A stretch of 64,000 nucleotides of DNA, taken from Gammaproteobacteria bacterium (GTDB lineage: Bacteria; Pseudomonadota; Gammaproteobacteria; Arenicellales; Poriferihabitantaceae). The DNA lies in NCBI GenBank assembly GCA_011088265.1, contig JAALKB010000002.1:5909-69908 (forward strand), given 5' to 3'. The position numbers were made by a program, and so were the translations under genes. The notes under the pieces are model-generated. The model saw only the letters and a program-made list of their open reading frames with translations. It did no database searches and had not been told where the DNA came from. Below are positions 1 through 10,931 of this stretch, in pieces (positions within the stretch are counted from its first letter, which is position 1; each line of letters opens with the position of its first letter).

Positions 1-2
1 AT

Positions 3-2189
3 CTGAATTACTCCATGTATGTCATTCTTGATAGGGCATTACCGAATCTTGCGGACGGCCTAAAGCCTGTCCAGAGACGCATTATTTACGCCATGTCTGA
101 TCTTGGATTACATGCCACGGCGAAATTCAAAAAATCCGCACGTACAGTGGGTGATGTACTGGGCAAATTTCATCCCCATGGAGATAGCGCCTGTTACGAA
201 GCGATGGTGTTAATGGCCCAACCCTTCAGCTACCGATACCCTTTTGTAGACGGGCAAGGCAACTGGGGTAGCCAGGACGATCCGAAGTCCTTCGCGGCCA
301 TGCGTTATACCGAGTCCCGACTAACCCGTTACGCCAATTTGTTTCTGCAAGAACTCGGGCAAGGAACAACTTCCTGGGCCCCGAATTTTGATGGCACTAT
401 TGAAGAACCAACGCTACTACCCGCCAGATTGCCGAATATATTACTCAACGGCGGTTCTGGTATTGCAGTAGGAATGGCAACAGATATTCCGCCCCATAAC
501 CTAAAAGAAGTGGTCAGTGGGTGCATACGGCTCTTAGAGGATAAAAATGCAGGACTTGATGAGATTTGTGAACACATACATGGACCGGATTTCCCCACTG
601 ATGCTGAAATCATTTCTACACCGGCGGATATCAAGGCCATTTACCGCACCGGCAATGGCTCTGTTCGCCAACGCGCGAAATGGACAAGAGAAGGGAATGA
701 CATCATTGTGACGGCTCTCCCCTATCAGGTCTCTGGTAGCAGGATACAGGAACAAATTGCTGCTCAAATGCTGGCCAAAAAACTGCCAATGGTTTCTGAT
801 TTACGCGATGAATCGGATCATGAACACCCAACACGACTGGTCATTGAACCCAGATCCAATCGAATAGATTCTAACGCTCTAATGCATCATCTATTTGCCA
901 CCACCGATTTGGAAAAGAGCTATCGGGTTAATTTCAATATCATCGGACTTGACGGCCGACCCCGGGTCTATGATCTGAAAACCCTATTGGAAGAATGGCT
1001 AAAGTACCGAATTGAGACGGTGACCAAACGTTTACAGTTTCGCCACGATAAAGTTGTTGAAAAACTTCATATCCTGGATGGGTTGCTGATTGCTTTTCTG
1101 AATATTGACGAAGTTATTCAAATTATTCGAAACGAAGACCATCCGAAACCCGAACTTATCGCCCGCTTCAATCTATCTGAAACCCAGGCTGAGGCAATTC
1201 TCGACTTAAAACTACGCCATTTAGCTAAATTGGAAGAAATGAAGATTCGTGCTGAACAGTCAGAATTGGAGAAGGAAAAGAAAAATCTGGATGCTTTACT
1301 GAAATCGCGAACCCGATTGAAAAACCTGGTTCGCGATGAACTGCTCAATGATGCTCAGGAGTTTGGTGATGAAAGGCGATCGGAAATCGTCGAACGGGAG
1401 GCGGCGAAAATAATGGATCAGAATGCGCTAATTCCCACTGAGCCTATCACCGTTATTCTGTCATCCAAAGGATGGATAAGAGCCGCTAAAGGGCATGATG
1501 TGGACGCAGAAAATTTGAATTTCAAATCCGGCGATCAATATCATAGTTCTATTCAATGCAAAACCAATGATCTGTTATTAACCATTGATTCAAATGGAAG
1601 AACCTATGGTTTATCCCCCCACACTCTGCCCTCAGCGAGGAGTTTTGGTGAACCATTAAGCAGTAATTTCAATCCAAAACCAGGCGCGACTTTCGTGGGG
1701 TTAATGAAAGGTCAGGAAGACACTGAATATTTGCTTTTTAGTGATGCCGGATACGGTTTTGTCGCTAAACTTGGAGAACTTAACACCCGTAACAAGGCCG
1801 GTAGAGCCAGCCTAAAGGTCAAGGAAGAGAACCGGGTTCTAATTCCTTCGATGGTTTTCGACTTTGATCATAGCCGACTAGCCGTGCTAACCAATGTCGG
1901 TAGGTTATTGGTATTTTCGGTTTCTGAGTTATCCCGTCTATCAAAAGGAAAAGGCATAAAGCTAATTAATATTCCTGCTGCCAAATACGCCGCTGGAGAG
2001 GAGCTGCTTATTGGAGCCACTATCTTTCGCGAAACAGACAAGGTGAAGATACACAGTGGAAAACGCCATATGACGTTAAGGTCATTGGAGCTGGATGAGT
2101 ACTCAGGTATTCGAGCCCAACGTGGGAAGTTTTTGCCAAAAGGTTTTAGGCAACCTCATAGTATCGAGACCATATTAAAAGAAAAATAG
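3..2189 (+). CDS. parC: DNA topoisomerase IV subunit A, 5'-truncated by the window edge
   Basis: The frame is open from base 3 ([14 protein letters not shown]). Motifs [22 protein letters not shown] and [17 protein letters not shown] are present; NWGS is the ParC variant rather than the GyrA one. Confidence 0.93.
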   Translation: MNYSMYVILDRALPNLADGLKPVQRRIIYAMSDLGLHATAKFKKSARTVGDVLGKFHPHGDSACYEAMVLMAQPFSYRYPFVDGQGNWGSQDDPKSFAAMRYTESRLTRYANLFLQELGQGTTSWAPNFDGTIEEPTLLPARLPNILLNGGSGIAVGMATDIPPHNLKEVVSGCIRLLEDKNAGLDEICEHIHGPDFPTDAEIISTPADIKAIYRTGNGSVRQRAKWTREGNDIIVTALPYQVSGSRIQEQIAAQMLAKKLPMVSDLRDESDHEHPTRLVIEPRSNRIDSNALMHHLFATTDLEKSYRVNFNIIGLDGRPRVYDLKTLLEEWLKYRIETVTKRLQFRHDKVVEKLHILDGLLIAFLNIDEVIQIIRNEDHPKPELIARFNLSETQAEAILDLKLRHLAKLEEMKIRAEQSELEKEKKNLDALLKSRTRLKNLVRDELLNDAQEFGDERRSEIVEREAAKIMDQNALIPTEPITVILSSKGWIRAAKGHDVDAENLNFKSGDQYHSSIQCKTNDLLLTIDSNGRTYGLSPHTLPSARSFGEPLSSNFNPKPGATFVGLMKGQEDTEYLLFSDAGYGFVAKLGELNTRNKAGRASLKVKEENRVLIPSMVFDFDHSRLAVLTNVGRLLVFSVSELSRLSKGKGIKLINIPAAKYAAGEELLIGATIFRETDKVKIHSGKRHMTLRSLELDEYSGIRAQRGKFLPKGFRQPHSIETILKEK

Positions 2190-2455
2190 TGACTGATTGG
2201 ATTGGGTTCTTTCGGCTTTTTGTACCACGCTCCAATTGAAAAACAATTGACTCGCTCCGTGTTGGTAGCGGCGGAATGTCCGCCCGTATTCACATCAGGA
2301 TAAACGCCATCGGCCAGTGGGGGCTCGTTTTAGCCAGCAAACCTATTTCAGCGAACCCATTCAGATTGGTGAAGAAAATCTCACCGCTCAAACTGATCGA
2401 ACTCACAATTAGGCGACTATTTAAATCTCATTCCTGGCCATCTATCTGCAAACAC

Positions 2456-3340
2456 ATGATCCAATCCATATTTAAAAGCGACTTACCCCAACTGGAGCTC
2501 ATTCACCAGGGTAAGGTTCGGGATATTTACAACCTCGACAATGAACACATGCTCATTGTAGCCAGCGACCGACTCTCCGCGTTTGATGTTATTTTACCGC
2601 AGCCAATACCTGGAAAAGGAGGGGTGCTTACCCGGGTGGCAAATTTCTGGTTCGAAAAAACACGATCTCTTATCCCAAATCATCTAAGTGATCGAAAGCT
2701 CGAAGAGGTACTTAACCCAAAGCAAATTCAGAAATTAGGCGATCGCGCCATTATTGTTAAAAAGCTAAAACCCCTGCCTATAGAAGCTATCGTTCGAGGC
2801 TACATCATTGGATCTGGATGGAATGATTATCAGCAAAGTGGCAGCATCTGCGGAATTTCTCTACCGAATGACTTGAGGCAGGCCGACCAGCTACCAGAAG
2901 CGATATTCACACCCTCATCCAAGGCCCCAAAGGGGAACCACGACGAAAATATTGGGTATGATCAAATGGTCGATTTGTTAGGAATTGAGCTGGCAGACCA
3001 GGTTCGAAATTACAGCATCAATATCTACACCCTTGCCGCCGAATATGCAAAGAAGCGAGGCATCATCATCGCAGACACAAAATTTGAATTCGGGCTCGAC
3101 AACCATGGCAAACTCCATTTAATCGACGAAGTGCTAACCCCAGATTCATCACGTTTCTGGCCAATGGACCAATACAAACCCGGCTCCAGCCCACCGAGCT
3201 TTGACAAACAGTTTGTCCGGGACTATCTGGAAACACTAGATTGGAATAAAGCACCTCCTGCACCGGAATTGCCCGTTGAAATCATTGAAAAAACCGCCGG
3301 AAAATATGCGGAAGCCGAACGCATTTTGACAGCCACCTGA
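2456..3340 (+). CDS. purC: Phosphoribosylaminoimidazole-succinocarboxamide (SAICAR) synthase, long form
   Basis: Motifs [17 protein letters not shown] and ADTKFEFG are present. The ORF opens at 2276, but homology starts at [20 protein letters not shown], so the ATG at 2456 is preferred. Confidence 0.9.
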   Translation: MIQSIFKSDLPQLELIHQGKVRDIYNLDNEHMLIVASDRLSAFDVILPQPIPGKGGVLTRVANFWFEKTRSLIPNHLSDRKLEEVLNPKQIQKLGDRAIIVKKLKPLPIEAIVRGYIIGSGWNDYQQSGSICGISLPNDLRQADQLPEAIFTPSSKAPKGNHDENIGYDQMVDLLGIELADQVRNYSINIYTLAAEYAKKRGIIIADTKFEFGLDNHGKLHLIDEVLTPDSSRFWPMDQYKPGSSPPSFDKQFVRDYLETLDWNKAPPAPELPVEIIEKTAGKYAEAERILTAT

Positions 3341-3457
3341 AAAATAGGAAGCAACTTCTGGGTGAGTCTGAGTAGGACAGATTAGGGTGGCTATTTCTTA
3401 CTCAATATGAGCCGGTTCACAATTCCTGTAAGAGGTTTCTTAAACTTATAACTCTCA

Positions 3458-4348
3458 TCAATTACGGAATCGATCAAATAACGAAGAGAACCATCCCCCT
3501 ATTCGCCCTTTGCTTTTTTTCTCTTTCTTTGCAGCCGCGCTGTACCAATTAGTGAACACAACATCTTCCGAAGATTCCGTGAGAAATGTACTTTGAGGGT
3601 AATTCAACTCCAGTATCCTGCGCGTATCTCCCGATAAATCTGCTAAACCCATATTTTGATAACTAAACATGAGCAAAGCCAACGCCTGCTCAACCGATGC
3701 GGTAGTGGAGTAATTCTCAAGAATTCCTTTGGCCCGATTGACCACCGCAACATAAGCCTGTCGAGTATAGTAATAATTTGCGACGGCGATTTCATGCCTC
3801 GCCAATGCATTTAGCAGGTATTTCGCACGAGCTCGGGAGTCTGGCGCATAACGACTTTCGGGAAAAAGCGTATAAACTTCTTCAAAGGCCTTCATCGCTC
3901 TAGACGTCAAACTCGCATCCCGATCACTTAAATCATCCTGGCCACTCAATCTACCGAACAGTGATTTGTCCTCTTCATAACTGGATAGTCCCTTTAAATA
4001 GTAGGCATAATCCACCGACTCATGAGTAGGATGGAGTCGAATAAATCGATCCGCGGCAGAAATAGCTAGCCCGGTTTCACGATTTTTGTAATAGGAGTAT
4101 ACGGTGTCGAGTTGGGCCTGCTCGGCATATTTACCATAAGGATATTTCGCTTCCAGATTTCTCAGACGCTCGACAGCGGTTAACCAGTTTTTCCGTGACA
4201 TACTATCCTGAGCTGCAGCATACATTTCCTCAGCGGTCATATTCTCAGCCAGCTCTTTCTTTTTCTTTGAGCCAGCACACCCAGAAACAACAAGGGCAGC
4301 AAATAGAACGACAACCCAGCTTAAATTTGACCAATTTATCTTTCGCAT
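3458..4348 (-). CDS. bamD: Outer membrane protein assembly factor BamD (TPR lipoprotein)
   Basis: Signal peptide plus lipobox (LVVSGC). The AEEMY...W..A...L..L...YP.G.YA.QA pattern is typical of BamD/YfiO. The gene is divergent from rluD, as in other gammaproteobacteria. An alternative start lies at 4375. Confidence 0.88.
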   Translation of the reverse strand: MRKINWSNLSWVVVLFAALVVSGCAGSKKKKELAENMTAEEMYAAAQDSMSRKNWLTAVERLRNLEAKYPYGKYAEQAQLDTVYSYYKNRETGLAISAADRFIRLHPTHESVDYAYYLKGLSSYEEDKSLFGRLSGQDDLSDRDASLTSRAMKAFEEVYTLFPESRYAPDSRARAKYLLNALARHEIAVANYYYTRQAYVAVVNRAKGILENYSTTASVEQALALLMFSYQNMGLADLSGDTRRILELNYPQSTFLTESSEDVVFTNWYSAAAKKEKKSKGRIGGWFSSLFDRFRN

Positions 4349-4529
4349 GTATTTATCAATATGTCGTAGAATCATTCACCCGGAAGGAGGTTCCCAACGA
4401 TCACGGTCTATCACCGTGGTGACCATCAGTTAAACTCCCCAATCAATATCATATCGCTGCTGAGAACAAGAGCCTGCTCAAGCATTGGATATATCGTTAA
4501 GGCTGGTATTTTGCCACAAGTTCATCACT

Positions 4530-5534
4530 ATGTCGGATTCTGATTCAGAGTTTTTTATTACTGTCCCGCTAACCATGTCAGGCGTCCGACTCGATAAGTC
4601 ATTGAGTGAATTACTGACTGGCTATTCCCGCTCGACCATCCAGCAATGGCTGAAGGATGGTCGAATTCTCGTGGACAACGAGGTCTGCAAACAAAAGCAA
4701 CGATTACTGGGAGGCGAAGTTCTCCATATTCGTGTCCCTGAACCCGAAACTATCGATTTTATCGCCCAGGACATGTCCATTGAGGTTGTCTATCAGGATG
4801 ATGAGATTATTGTGATTAACAAACCCGCGGGAATGGTAGTTCACCCAGGAGCTGGCAATCCGGACAGAACACTTTTAAACGGACTACTGCATCTTGAACC
4901 CGAATTGGGAAAGCTGCCTAGAGCGGGAATCGTACATCGACTTGATAAAGACACAACAGGACTGCTGGTAGTTGCAAAGACTGAACGTGCCCGACAAATT
5001 CTGATTGATCAGCTTCAGGACCATTCCATGAGCCGAAAATATGTGGCTGTAACCAATGGAGTAATGGTCTCTGGCGAGACCATAGATAATCCCATTGGTC
5101 GTCATCGCCAGGATAGGATAAAAATGGCAGTTACCCAGGGAGGAAAATCTGCGGTTACCCATGTTCGCGTGGTAAAAAAATTTCGCGGTCATTCTTTGAT
5201 ACTCGCGCAACTCGAAACCGGGCGCACCCACCAAATTAGAGTTCATATGAGTTTCAAAGGATATCCTTTGGTCGGTGACCTAACCTATGGCGGTAGAGTG
5301 AGGCTCCCTAACAGCCCAACAGATGATCTGGCTAAAACAATACGGGCCTTTAATCGGCAAGCGCTTCATGCCCAACAACTCAGATTAATGCATCCGGCAT
5401 CTCTGGAATCCATGGAATGGACTCAACCCATTCCCCTGGATATGCAGACTCTTATCCGTTCACTTTCGGATGATGCTGGACTGGCTTACCCTTTAAACGA
5501 CGAAGGTGTATTAGATATTCGTCATCCTGAGTGA
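4530..5534 (+). CDS. rluD: 23S rRNA pseudouridine synthase D (RluA family)
   Basis: An N-terminal S4 domain and the catalytic HRLDKDTTGLLVVAKT motif are present, followed by GRTHQIRVH. The start is chosen at MSDSDSEF; the ORF opens at 4485. Confidence 0.9.
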   Translation: MSDSDSEFFITVPLTMSGVRLDKSLSELLTGYSRSTIQQWLKDGRILVDNEVCKQKQRLLGGEVLHIRVPEPETIDFIAQDMSIEVVYQDDEIIVINKPAGMVVHPGAGNPDRTLLNGLLHLEPELGKLPRAGIVHRLDKDTTGLLVVAKTERARQILIDQLQDHSMSRKYVAVTNGVMVSGETIDNPIGRHRQDRIKMAVTQGGKSAVTHVRVVKKFRGHSLILAQLETGRTHQIRVHMSFKGYPLVGDLTYGGRVRLPNSPTDDLAKTIRAFNRQALHAQQLRLMHPASLESMEWTQPIPLDMQTLIRSLSDDAGLAYPLNDEGVLDIRHPE

Positions 5535-6383
5535 AAAATCGATTGCTCGCACATGTTTAGTCAGAGCCCCAACTGAAATGTAATCCACACCGGTATCAGC
5601 GATTGAACGCATCTTTGAAAGCTCAACATTCCCGGACACTTCGAGGTCAGCAAAACCATTGTTCACTTCCACTGCTTCTTTCATCATTTCCAGATCGAAA
5701 TTATCCAGCATAATACGAGTCACACCCGCTTCAATGGCTTCATCTAACTGTGACATCGACTCGACCTCCACTTCGAGCAACAAACCGTCTCCGGCATACT
5801 CTCGGGCACGGGTTACCGCAGCATGGATAGAACCCGCCGCAGCGATATGATTTTCTTTGATAAGTATCCCATCAAACAATCCAATTCGATGGTTCTGGCC
5901 TCCTCCAATGGCAACTGCATATTTTTGTGCTAACCGCATCCCTGGTAATGTCTTACGGGTATCAAGTACATGGGTGTTCGTTCCTTCTAATTGATGCACG
6001 TAGTCCCGAGTAATGGTCGCGGTACCTGACAGCGTTTGAAGGAAGTTAATGGCTGTTCGTTCTGCCGTCAAAATAGATCTCGATTTGCCGGAAAGAGTAC
6101 ATACCAGACTTTCAGGATCGAGCAAATCACTATCCTGATGATGCCAACTCAATATCAGACTATCATCGACAATCTCGCATGTCCTCTCAAACCACGCTAC
6201 TCCGCATAGCACTGCTGATTCACGGCAGATTAATCTCGCCTCCGAGTAAGAAGTCACATCAATCAGGTTTGCGGTTAGATCCCCTGTACCCAGATCCTCC
6301 TTCAGCGCTCGCATAACTACTTCGTGAATATCATCTTCATTCGGTAAAGTAACATTGGAACCGTTGGATCGCTTTTTTCCCAT
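5511..6383 (-). CDS. nadC: Nicotinate-nucleotide pyrophosphorylase (quinolinate phosphoribosyltransferase)
   Basis: Motifs LKEDLGTGDLT, TAERTAINFLQ.LSG.AT, TRKT.PG.R and KENHI are present. Confidence 0.9.
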   Translation of the reverse strand: MGKKRSNGSNVTLPNEDDIHEVVMRALKEDLGTGDLTANLIDVTSYSEARLICRESAVLCGVAWFERTCEIVDDSLILSWHHQDSDLLDPESLVCTLSGKSRSILTAERTAINFLQTLSGTATITRDYVHQLEGTNTHVLDTRKTLPGMRLAQKYAVAIGGGQNHRIGLFDGILIKENHIAAAGSIHAAVTRAREYAGDGLLLEVEVESMSQLDEAIEAGVTRIMLDNFDLEMMKEAVEVNNGFADLEVSGNVELSKMRSIADTGVDYISVGALTKHVRAIDFSLRMTNI

Positions 6384-6653
6384 TTACTGTGGCAGCTTGA
6401 TTGATGTGTAAGGAAAGACGGAATAACATCCGCCCAATATGTCAGAAAATAAATAGTAATTGAGGCAATTTACCACGGTGGTTTTATACGTTTCGACGAC
6501 GCATGTCAAAGTTTCATGGGCAATTGATAGATTCAAAGTGATAGCGATAAGCGGCCGAAAAGCTGATCGGAAAAAGCCAATCCTGAAAATGGTCTCCAAA
6601 GGTGAAGCGTATCTTAACGGTTCTACTGAGGATTGCAGGATGGTAAGATTGAT

Positions 6654-6677
6654 TTTTTGCTCAACTTTTTGCTCAAC
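6654..6677. repeat. Perfect 12-bp tandem duplication (tttttgctcaac x2) 12 nt upstream of the thrC GTG start
   Basis: Read directly: 6654-6665 is identical to 6666-6677. Confidence 0.9.
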
Positions 6678-6688
6678 AGAGACTTTTT

Positions 6689-8065
6689 GTGGATTACATT
6701 AGTACACGAGGTAGTGCACCGACCCTGAATTTCAAACAGGCGACATTGACCGGACTAGCCGAGGACGGTGGACTTTATATACCCCAACTGTGGCCCTCAT
6801 TGTCGTTAGATGAAATTCGAAAACTCAGAAACCTGGATTATCCAACCCTCGCCGTAGAGATTATTCATCTGTTTACTGGAGACTGCGTTGACAAGTCTAC
6901 CCTGAAGACGCTCTCTGACAGAGCTTATGGTAACTTTCACCATGATGCGATCGCTCCGTTGAAACAATTGGATAGCAACTTATTTTTCCTGGAGCTGTTT
7001 CACGGTCCAACGTTGGCATTTAAAGATTTTGCGTTACAGTTATTAGGCCAACTATTCGATCATTTTTTACAGCAGGATAATGCCAAATGCACCATTATTG
7101 GCGCCACTTCCGGTGACACCGGCTCCGCGGCAATCGAAGGAGTACGGGGATTAAGTGCGGTTGAGCTATTCATGCTGCACCCAAAGGGAAGAGTATCTGA
7201 AGTGCAGCGACGTCAGATGACAACTATTGCCGATGCAAATATCCATAACCTTGCCGTTGCCGGTACTTTTGATGATTGCCAAAGCATGGTGAAAGCCATG
7301 TTCAATGACAGTGATTTTCGAAAAAAACATTCGTTATCTGCTGTCAATTCCATTAACTGGGCACGGATCGCTGCGCAGGTAGTCTATTATTTTTGGGCTG
7401 CCTTATCCCTGGGAGCACCGGATCGATCGGTTAGCTTCTCTGTGCCCACGGGGAATTTCGGCAACATTCTCGCTGCTTATATTGCAAAAAAAATAGGACT
7501 ACCCATTGACAGATTAATCATTGGCTCAAATCGAAACGATATCCTTACCCGCTTTTTTGAAACCGGCTCCATGGAACAAACCGGAGTCCACCCAACATTA
7601 ACGCCGAGTATGGATATTCAGATATCAAGCAACTTCGAGCGCTATTTGTTTGAGCTGTTTGGTCGGGATCATGGTGAGTTAAATCGATGCATGACACAGT
7701 TCAGCCAAAAAGGACGATTTGATATTGATTCAACAACGCTAAAAAAGGCCCGGCTGGATTTCACCGCCCATCGTTTTAATGACGATCAGATTAATCAGGA
7801 AATTCAACGTGTTTATCGATCTACAGGGGAAATCATTGACCCCCATTCTGTGATCGGCGTAGCGGCCGCCAATATCGAAGAGACAAGTACCTCACCCATA
7901 ATAGCAGTAGGCACGGCACACCCCGCCAAATTCCCCGATGCGGTAAAAAATGCGATTGGGTTCGAAGTCCCTCTACCAGATTATCTGGGTGATTTATTGG
8001 AGAAAGAGGAAAAAATGGTCGATGTGGAAAATGATGTGGAAAAAGTAAAGGCGATTGTCGGTTGA
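6689..8065 (+). CDS. thrC: Threonine synthase (long form), GTG start
   Basis: N-terminus M.YISTRG, the PLP-lysine region FHGPTLAFKDFA, and the GATSGDTG loop are present. Confidence 0.9.
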   Translation: MDYISTRGSAPTLNFKQATLTGLAEDGGLYIPQLWPSLSLDEIRKLRNLDYPTLAVEIIHLFTGDCVDKSTLKTLSDRAYGNFHHDAIAPLKQLDSNLFFLELFHGPTLAFKDFALQLLGQLFDHFLQQDNAKCTIIGATSGDTGSAAIEGVRGLSAVELFMLHPKGRVSEVQRRQMTTIADANIHNLAVAGTFDDCQSMVKAMFNDSDFRKKHSLSAVNSINWARIAAQVVYYFWAALSLGAPDRSVSFSVPTGNFGNILAAYIAKKIGLPIDRLIIGSNRNDILTRFFETGSMEQTGVHPTLTPSMDIQISSNFERYLFELFGRDHGELNRCMTQFSQKGRFDIDSTTLKKARLDFTAHRFNDDQINQEIQRVYRSTGEIIDPHSVIGVAAANIEETSTSPIIAVGTAHPAKFPDAVKNAIGFEVPLPDYLGDLLEKEEKMVDVENDVEKVKAIVG

Positions 8066-8098
8066 CTGTAAGATGCGTCTTCTAATAAAAGGTTAGGT

Positions 8099-8800
8099 AT
8101 GGTGTCAAAAAAAGCGAGTTCAAAGAATCCCTACATTCAGCAATTATGGCCGGTGAGTATTTTAACTCGCAAGTTTGGTAAGTATCAGCAGATCAATCCT
8201 GAATTAATTCAGCTATTCCGGGAATATCAACGCCAGCACCCAGGGAAACCAGGAAGTGTCTATTCAAGTCCTGATAATTTCGCACAGGGCTTGAAAAACG
8301 ATGCTCTGGACAGCTTAAACAAGTTTATCATGGACAACATTTTCGCCATTGCGACTGAACTTAACCGACCATATTGGGGTCAATCCCAATCAATTAATAT
8401 CGATGTTACCGGCTTGTGGTTTCAAATTAGCAATGATTTTGGATTTCACGAAACACATATCCATGGCAACTGCTCCTGGTCTGGGGTTTATTATGTTCAA
8501 TCAGGATCTGCCAGCAAATCTGCCAATGACCTTCATGAAAACGGCATGCCCAATGGCATCACTCGCTTTTACGGTCCAAACATGGAATATGGGGCAGGAG
8601 GGCATGGTGATCTTGGCAACTACTACCTGATGGACGATGACTATGATTCCTATCCTGAAGATGGCAAACTGGTGATTTTCCCTTCTCACTTAAAACACAT
8701 GGTTTTCCCCTATCAAGGCAAAGAAGATCGAATCATTGTGTCATTCCACGCCCAGGTAAACGGCGACAAGGAATTGCGTTATAACTATGGTTTTAGTTAA
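8099..8800 (+). CDS. Uncharacterised 2OG-Fe(II)-oxygenase-fold protein (TIGR02466 / PF13759-like)
   Basis: The H.THIHGN..WSGVYYV and G.LVIFPSHLKH.V.P...RI.VSF pattern is the one I associate with this family. The gene lies 33 nt after the thrC stop. Confidence 0.55.
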   Translation: MVSKKASSKNPYIQQLWPVSILTRKFGKYQQINPELIQLFREYQRQHPGKPGSVYSSPDNFAQGLKNDALDSLNKFIMDNIFAIATELNRPYWGQSQSINIDVTGLWFQISNDFGFHETHIHGNCSWSGVYYVQSGSASKSANDLHENGMPNGITRFYGPNMEYGAGGHGDLGNYYLMDDDYDSYPEDGKLVIFPSHLKHMVFPYQGKEDRIIVSFHAQVNGDKELRYNYGFS

Positions 8801-8856
8801 GAGTCTTCTGCAAAGCCGTGAATAACCATCTTGAGCAAGAAACGGTCGGCTCCTGT

Positions 8857-8874
8857 ATTGCGAAATTTCGCAAT
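8857..8874. promoter_or_regulatory. 18-bp perfect palindrome ATTGCGAAATTTCGCAAT, a candidate operator upstream of the ABC operon
   Basis: The sequence is self-complementary over all 18 positions. It sits in the 271-bp gap between the oxygenase-like gene and the ABC ATPase gene. Confidence 0.4.
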
Positions 8875-9071
8875 ATCCCTACTATTACCCCCGCTATTAC
8901 AAGATTTTCGCGTTTTGACTCTGATAATTTCCCATTTCAATCTGCCTCAATCAGACTTATGCAGGAGGTCCTTAATTCCATTAAGGCAACACTGGTTTCG
9001 TTCTTCGGATTGGCTTTCTTCGGAGGCATTCGTCGGACATTCCCAATCAAAACGAGATTCTGAAACTTCCC

Positions 9072-10931
9072 ATGTCCCAGCCCTTGCTCTCGATTCAGAA
9101 TCTTTCCGTCAGATTTGACGTACACGGCACGAATGTCGATGCTGTCAAACAGGTGTCATTCGATCTACGCCGAGGCGAAACTGTTGCACTAGTGGGCGAA
9201 TCTGGCTCTGGCAAATCCGTCATTTCAAAAGCGATCATGAACCTGTTACCGGCCAATGCCAGTATTACATCCGGACACATTATCCTTCATGATGAGCAAA
9301 AAAATCTCACCGGCATTGACATTACCGAATTGCACGCCGACAGCCCGGCAATGCGCGATCTGCGAGGCGGAAATATTTCATTAATTTTCCAGGAACCCAT
9401 GGTCTCTCTCTCTCCATTACACACCATTGGAGACCAGATTAGTGAGACACTATTTCTCCACCGACAAATAGACAGGAAAGAAGGGCTTGGACTTACCGTT
9501 GATATGCTAGGGCTCGTGGGATTTTCAGATCCCGATAGGGCCATGGATCTTTATCCTTTTGAACTATCTGGCGGAATGCGACAACGAGCGATGATTGCCA
9601 TGGCATTGGTTTGCCATCCGTCGTTGCTGATTGCTGATGAACCAACAACCGCTTTGGATGTCACTATTCAGGCGCAAATTCTTAAGCTAATTCGCTCGCT
9701 TCAGACAGAGCTGAATATGGCGGTCCTGATGATAACTCACGACCTCGGTGTGGTTGCCAATGTGGCGGATGACGTTGTGGTGATATATCACGGGGAGGTG
9801 ATGGAATCAGGCAGTGTTGAACATATTTTTGACGATCCCCAACATCCTTCCCAGGCACTGCTCCATGCTGTCCCGCGATTTAATCTAAAGCCTGGGGAAC
9901 GCCTCACGCCGCTTCGTGAAATTAAGGCTGAAGTAGGAGAATTTCTCAAATCCAGAAGTGTCCTCAGTCATGAGAATCAATCCGCCACCATTTTAAGCGT
10001 TCGCAATTTAACCAAAAGTTTCGGTGCGAGAAGTCAGGCCTGGTCATTTAAAGCAGACACTCCTCGAATCATCGCAGTAGAGAATGTCAGCTTTGATCTT
10101 TATCGGGGAGAATCCCTGGGGCTTGTGGGAGAAAGCGGGAGCGGAAAGTCGACACTTAGCAAGATGATCGCTCGCGCCGTGGTGCCCGACTCGGGTAATA
10201 TCATATTTGGCGACCCGGATTCTTCCGTTAACGTTGAACAATTAAACAATGAAGCACTGTTTGACTACCGATGCAAGGTTCAGTATATCTTCCAGGATCC
10301 GGTAGGGTCGTTAAACCCTAGCATGACAATATTTGACATTATTCGCGAACCCATGGTGATTCACGACCTCGGTGGCCAGGATTATCAAATTGAAGCTGCC
10401 AGTGAACTGATGCGACTTGTGGGACTGGATCCAAGATATCTGCGACGCTATCCCCATAGTTTTTCCGGTGGCCAAAGACAGCGTATTGGCATCGCTCGGG
10501 CGTTAGCCTTACAACCCGAACTACTGATTTGTGATGAACCGGTTTCGGCCCTCGATGTTTCAATTCAGGCCCAGGTATTGAATCTGATGAAAGACCTGCA
10601 AACTGAATTGGGACTGAGCTATCTATTTGTTACCCATAACCTGGCAGTGGTGGACTATATTGCTGACCGAATCGCGGTGATGTTCAAAGGCAAATTCGTT
10701 GAAGTTGCTGATCGTGCGACTCTATTCAAAAATCCGATTCATCCTTATACGCAATCCCTGTTATCCGCCATTCCTGTTCCCGACCTCAATAGCCCACTTG
10801 ATTTCAATCTCATCAGCGAACCTGGTGTGGATCTTTCCTGGCCCGCACAATATCAGGAAACACCCCAGGGAAGATATTCTTTGATAGAAGTAGAGGACAA
10901 TCATTTCGTTAGATCGAGGGATTTGAATTGA
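9072..10931 (+). CDS. ABC transporter ATP-binding protein with two fused nucleotide-binding domains (Opp/Dpp/Yej type)
   Basis: There are two Walker A sites (GESGSGKS twice), two signature motifs ([16 protein letters not shown]) and two Walker B sites ([16 protein letters not shown]). Confidence 0.9.
   Translation: MSQPLLSIQNLSVRFDVHGTNVDAVKQVSFDLRRGETVALVGESGSGKSVISKAIMNLLPANASITSGHIILHDEQKNLTGIDITELHADSPAMRDLRGGNISLIFQEPMVSLSPLHTIGDQISETLFLHRQIDRKEGLGLTVDMLGLVGFSDPDRAMDLYPFELSGGMRQRAMIAMALVCHPSLLIADEPTTALDVTIQAQILKLIRSLQTELNMAVLMITHDLGVVANVADDVVVIYHGEVMESGSVEHIFDDPQHPSQALLHAVPRFNLKPGERLTPLREIKAEVGEFLKSRSVLSHENQSATILSVRNLTKSFGARSQAWSFKADTPRIIAVENVSFDLYRGESLGLVGESGSGKSTLSKMIARAVVPDSGNIIFGDPDSSVNVEQLNNEALFDYRCKVQYIFQDPVGSLNPSMTIFDIIREPMVIHDLGGQDYQIEAASELMRLVGLDPRYLRRYPHSFSGGQRQRIGIARALALQPELLICDEPVSALDVSIQAQVLNLMKDLQTELGLSYLFVTHNLAVVDYIADRIAVMFKGKFVEVADRATLFKNPIHPYTQSLLSAIPVPDLNSPLDFNLISEPGVDLSWPAQYQETPQGRYSLIEVEDNHFVRSRDLN

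Noticed and set aside
2276-2455. A 60-codon N-terminal extension of purC, and the possibility of a purine or ZTP-type riboswitch in the 266-bp leader.
   Set aside because: The extension has no similarity to PurC, and homology begins at the ATG at 2456. I could not find the conserved ZTP (pfl) or purine riboswitch core sequences; only a trivial 5-bp hairpin is present.
5511-5534. The convergent 24-nt overlap of the rluD and nadC 3' ends considered as a regulatory feature.
   Set aside because: Short convergent overlaps are common in compact genomes, and no associated structure is evident. The observation is noted but not pursued.
8818-9125. Three overlapping 60-95-aa ORFs in the gap upstream of the ABC operon.
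   Set aside because: They are mutually exclusive frames with no ribosome-binding sites or domains. The region is better explained as promoter and operator DNA containing the 18-bp palindrome.
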